From the NCBI GenBank assembly GCA_035527755.1, contig DATKZX010000002.1, positions 93,277 to 157,276 on the forward strand: DNA of 64,000 bases, in the 5' to 3' direction. Shown here piece after piece: positions 62,316-64,000 of the stretch (the first letter of the stretch is position 1; every line of letters begins with the position of its first letter). Source of the DNA: Methanomassiliicoccales archaeon. Its GTDB lineage: Archaea; Thermoplasmatota; Thermoplasmata; Methanomassiliicoccales; UBA472. Under the pieces are notes generated by a model. That model had not been told where the DNA came from. It did not search any database and saw only the letters and a program-made list of their open reading frames with translations. Both the position numbers and the translations under genes were made by a program.

Positions 62316-64000
62316 TTATTGAGCTTTTGGCAGCATTATCACGAAGACCGAGCCTTTGGTATGATCTCCCTGAATGCGGTCCTCCACCCATACCTTTCCT
62401 TGATAGCGATCGACCAGGGCCTTGACCACGGAGAGACCCAGCCCGTGGCTTTCCGCGGCCATGCTAGTGTCTAGGTTCTCGAACCTATGGAACAGTTGGA
62501 TCTTTCGTTCATCCGTGATGCCCTTCCCCTGATCACGCACCTCCACCCTCCAGAAATGGTCCTCTCCGACCTTCTCCGGCCGTACGACCACTTCCACCTT
62601 CTTCTGGTCGCCGTACTTCGCCGAGTTGTTTATGATGTTATAGAACGCGTCCCTGACCAGCGAATCGGCCCGTACCATGGCGCTGCCCTCCGGGTACTTT
62701 ATTTCCAGGGGGATGTCCGAGTAGAGGTACGAGGTCTTGATCTCCTTTACGATGTCGTGCAGCAGTGGCAGGATGTCCACAGGTATCAGCTCCACGGTAT
62801 TGTCTGATTCCAGGATGTTCCATAGCTTGCGCACATCGGTAATGAGGTTGGAGATGTTCTGTGACTGGGCAAGGGCGCTCTTCACATAACGGCGCTGCCT
62901 CTCGTCTAGCTTCGGGTCCTTGATGAGCATCTCCAGGAAACCATGTATCGGCACGTTGTAGTTGGCGACATCGTGGGTCAGCAGGATGTTGTATATCTTC
63001 TGCGTAGACACCTTGGACTTGATGTCCTGGAAGCGACCGGAGTTCTTCAATGCCATGGCCGCATGCACTGAGAAGAGCTCCATGAGGCGATAATCGCCCT
63101 CGGTGAACGGTTTTCCAGGCACCTTCTCCAGGGTCATTACCCCCATCATATCGTCCCCGATCTTCAGCGGGACGCTGATCAGTGTGGAGGGCTCATCCGG
63201 AGTGCCATCTACCTGCTTGGCCCTCTCGTCCAGGTCGGCCCTCTCCACCAGAATGCCTTGGCCGGTACGGGCGACCTCTCCGGTGATCCCTTCCCCCACA
63301 TCGATCGCCAGGGCATCAGAGTCCAATTCGTACTTGCTCAGGAAGGACAAGGGTATCAGACGGGTTCCGCCCCGATCGTAACCATAGATGATGCAGTTGT
63401 CCGACTGCACCAACTCCCTGGCCTTGGAAAGGATGATGTTCAGCACCTCTCGGTAATCCAGGGTGCTGGATACCAGCCTGGATATCTCGAACATTATCTG
63501 GAACTCCGTCACGAAACGCAGGTAATGCTGGTTCAGAACGGAGTAGAAATAGACCATCGCTATCTGGTTGGAGAACACCTGCAGGGTCAGCTTTCTCGTT
63601 TCCAGGTCCTCCATGGGACTGTTCTTACCGAACAGGCCGGCCCCTACAAAGTCACCACGGAACTTCAGTGGCAGACAAACCAATGATTGGAATCCCAGGG
63701 AGGTGATGTCACCGATCAGGTCCCCGTTCATGGCGGAAAAGATGCAGCTTTCCCCCTTGGACATCTTGACCCCCAATGTTGAACTCCCAACCTCCGTCTC
63801 GAAGAGCTGTCTTGCCTTTTTGAAGTCGATGCCGGAGCAGAACAGTTGCGGGCGCCCGTCCCAACCCAGGAGACGGAGCACTGCGAAGTCAAGACCTTCT
63901 CGGCAAAGCAGGTTGTCCAACTCGTTCTGCAGGGTCTCTTGGGGGTTGACATCGGCAATTAGGTCCGAGGACGTTTTTGCCAGGAACAACAGGGATTCGT
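62316..64000 (-). CDS. sensor histidine kinase with two GAF-like modules, N-terminus possibly beyond the window
   Basis: GAF pattern (ITGEVARTGQGILV..SVPLKIGDDMMGVMTLE), H-box LTHDVANYNVPIHGFLEML, and HATPase motifs NNSAKYG, DQGKGI and GLGLSVV. The frame stays open from TTG 63989 to the window end. Confidence 0.85.
   Translation of the reverse strand, partial: ESLLFLAKTSSDLIADVNPQETLQNELDNLLCREGLDFAVLRLLGWDGRPQLFCSGIDFKKARQLFETEVGSSTLGVKMSKGESCIFSAMNGDLIGDITSLGFQSLVCLPLKFRGDFVGAGLFGKNSPMEDLETRKLTLQVFSNQIAMVYFYSVLNQHYLRFVTEFQIMFEISRLVSSTLDYREVLNIILSKARELVQSDNCIIYGYDRGGTRLIPLSFLSKYELDSDALAIDVGEGITGEVARTGQGILVERADLDERAKQVDGTPDEPSTLISVPLKIGDDMMGVMTLEKVPGKPFTEGDYRLMELFSVHAAMALKNSGRFQDIKSKVSTQKIYNILLTHDVANYNVPIHGFLEMLIKDPKLDERQRRYVKSALAQSQNISNLITDVRKLWNILESDNTVELIPVDILPLLHDIVKEIKTSYLYSDIPLEIKYPEGSAMVRADSLVRDAFYNIINNSAKYGDQKKVEVVVRPEKVGEDHFWRVEVRDQGKGITDERKIQLFHRFENLDTSMAAESHGLGLSVVKALVDRYQGKVWVEDRIQGDHTKGSVFVIMLPKAQ

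Noticed and set aside
1-64000. Recoding events: in-frame TAG (pyrrolysine) or TGA (selenocysteine) splitting a gene, or frameshifted pseudogenes.
   Set aside because: I saw no pair of adjacent same-strand ORFs that would join into one recognisable protein across a stop or frameshift. TAG is used as an ordinary stop, for example for ugd, the FetB-like gene and the EamA gene. Without alignments this is a visual check only.

Overview
The window reads as a densely packed archaeal chromosomal segment of about 75 genes. Evidence for an archaeal origin: RtcB, archaeal-type SepF, a DUF835 membrane protein, Isf-type iron-sulfur flavoproteins, an HdrA/MvhD-like Fe-S protein, TATA-like boxes about 25-30 nt upstream of start codons, many ATGA/GTGA start-stop overlaps, and a tRNA-His with an encoded G-1 and no CCA. 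A Thermoplasmatota-like origin is my inference only. Coding DNA is GC-rich and intergenic DNA is AT-rich.

Confident content:
- A complete trpEGDCFBA operon, argF, rtcB, acs and sufCB.
- A cbiM / PDGLE-protein / cbiQ / cbiO cobalt ECF transporter, cobA-type adenosyltransferase and hemD.
- Several cell-surface sugar genes: ugd, galU, wecB, rmlABCD, a GT2 and two flippases.
- ABC, DMT and LysE transporters and an ActP-like symporter.

I found no CRISPR array, rRNA, transposase, integrase or obvious prophage or defence island. It looks like core genome rather than an accessory region.

Most interesting observations:
1. A roughly 290-nt GC-rich block (49340-49629) inside the largest intergenic region. 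It has its own TATA-like box, and its 3' end, which abuts the Shine-Dalgarno of a USP-DUF485-like fusion / ActP-like operon, is tiled by complements of upstream segments that form mutually exclusive helices. This is a candidate riboregulator or ncRNA.
2. An acetyl-CoA hydrolase/transferase fused to a Pat-type GNAT. It shares the window with acs, which retains the SGK acetylation-site motif, and with the acetate-symporter operon.
3. An ATP-cone / Mrr-like nuclease fusion translationally coupled to wecB.
4. A dTDP-rhamnose cluster interrupted by an Isf flavoprotein and a zinc-ribbon / HisA-HisF-like barrel protein.
5. An HdrA-N-domain / ferredoxin / MvhD fusion lacking the FAD domain, next to rubrerythrin.
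6. A GAF-kinase / receiver-only regulator / Isf operon.
7. Several unannotated micro-ORFs with strong ribosome-binding sites.

All functional links are inferences from motifs and gene order. I could run no database search or folding computation.
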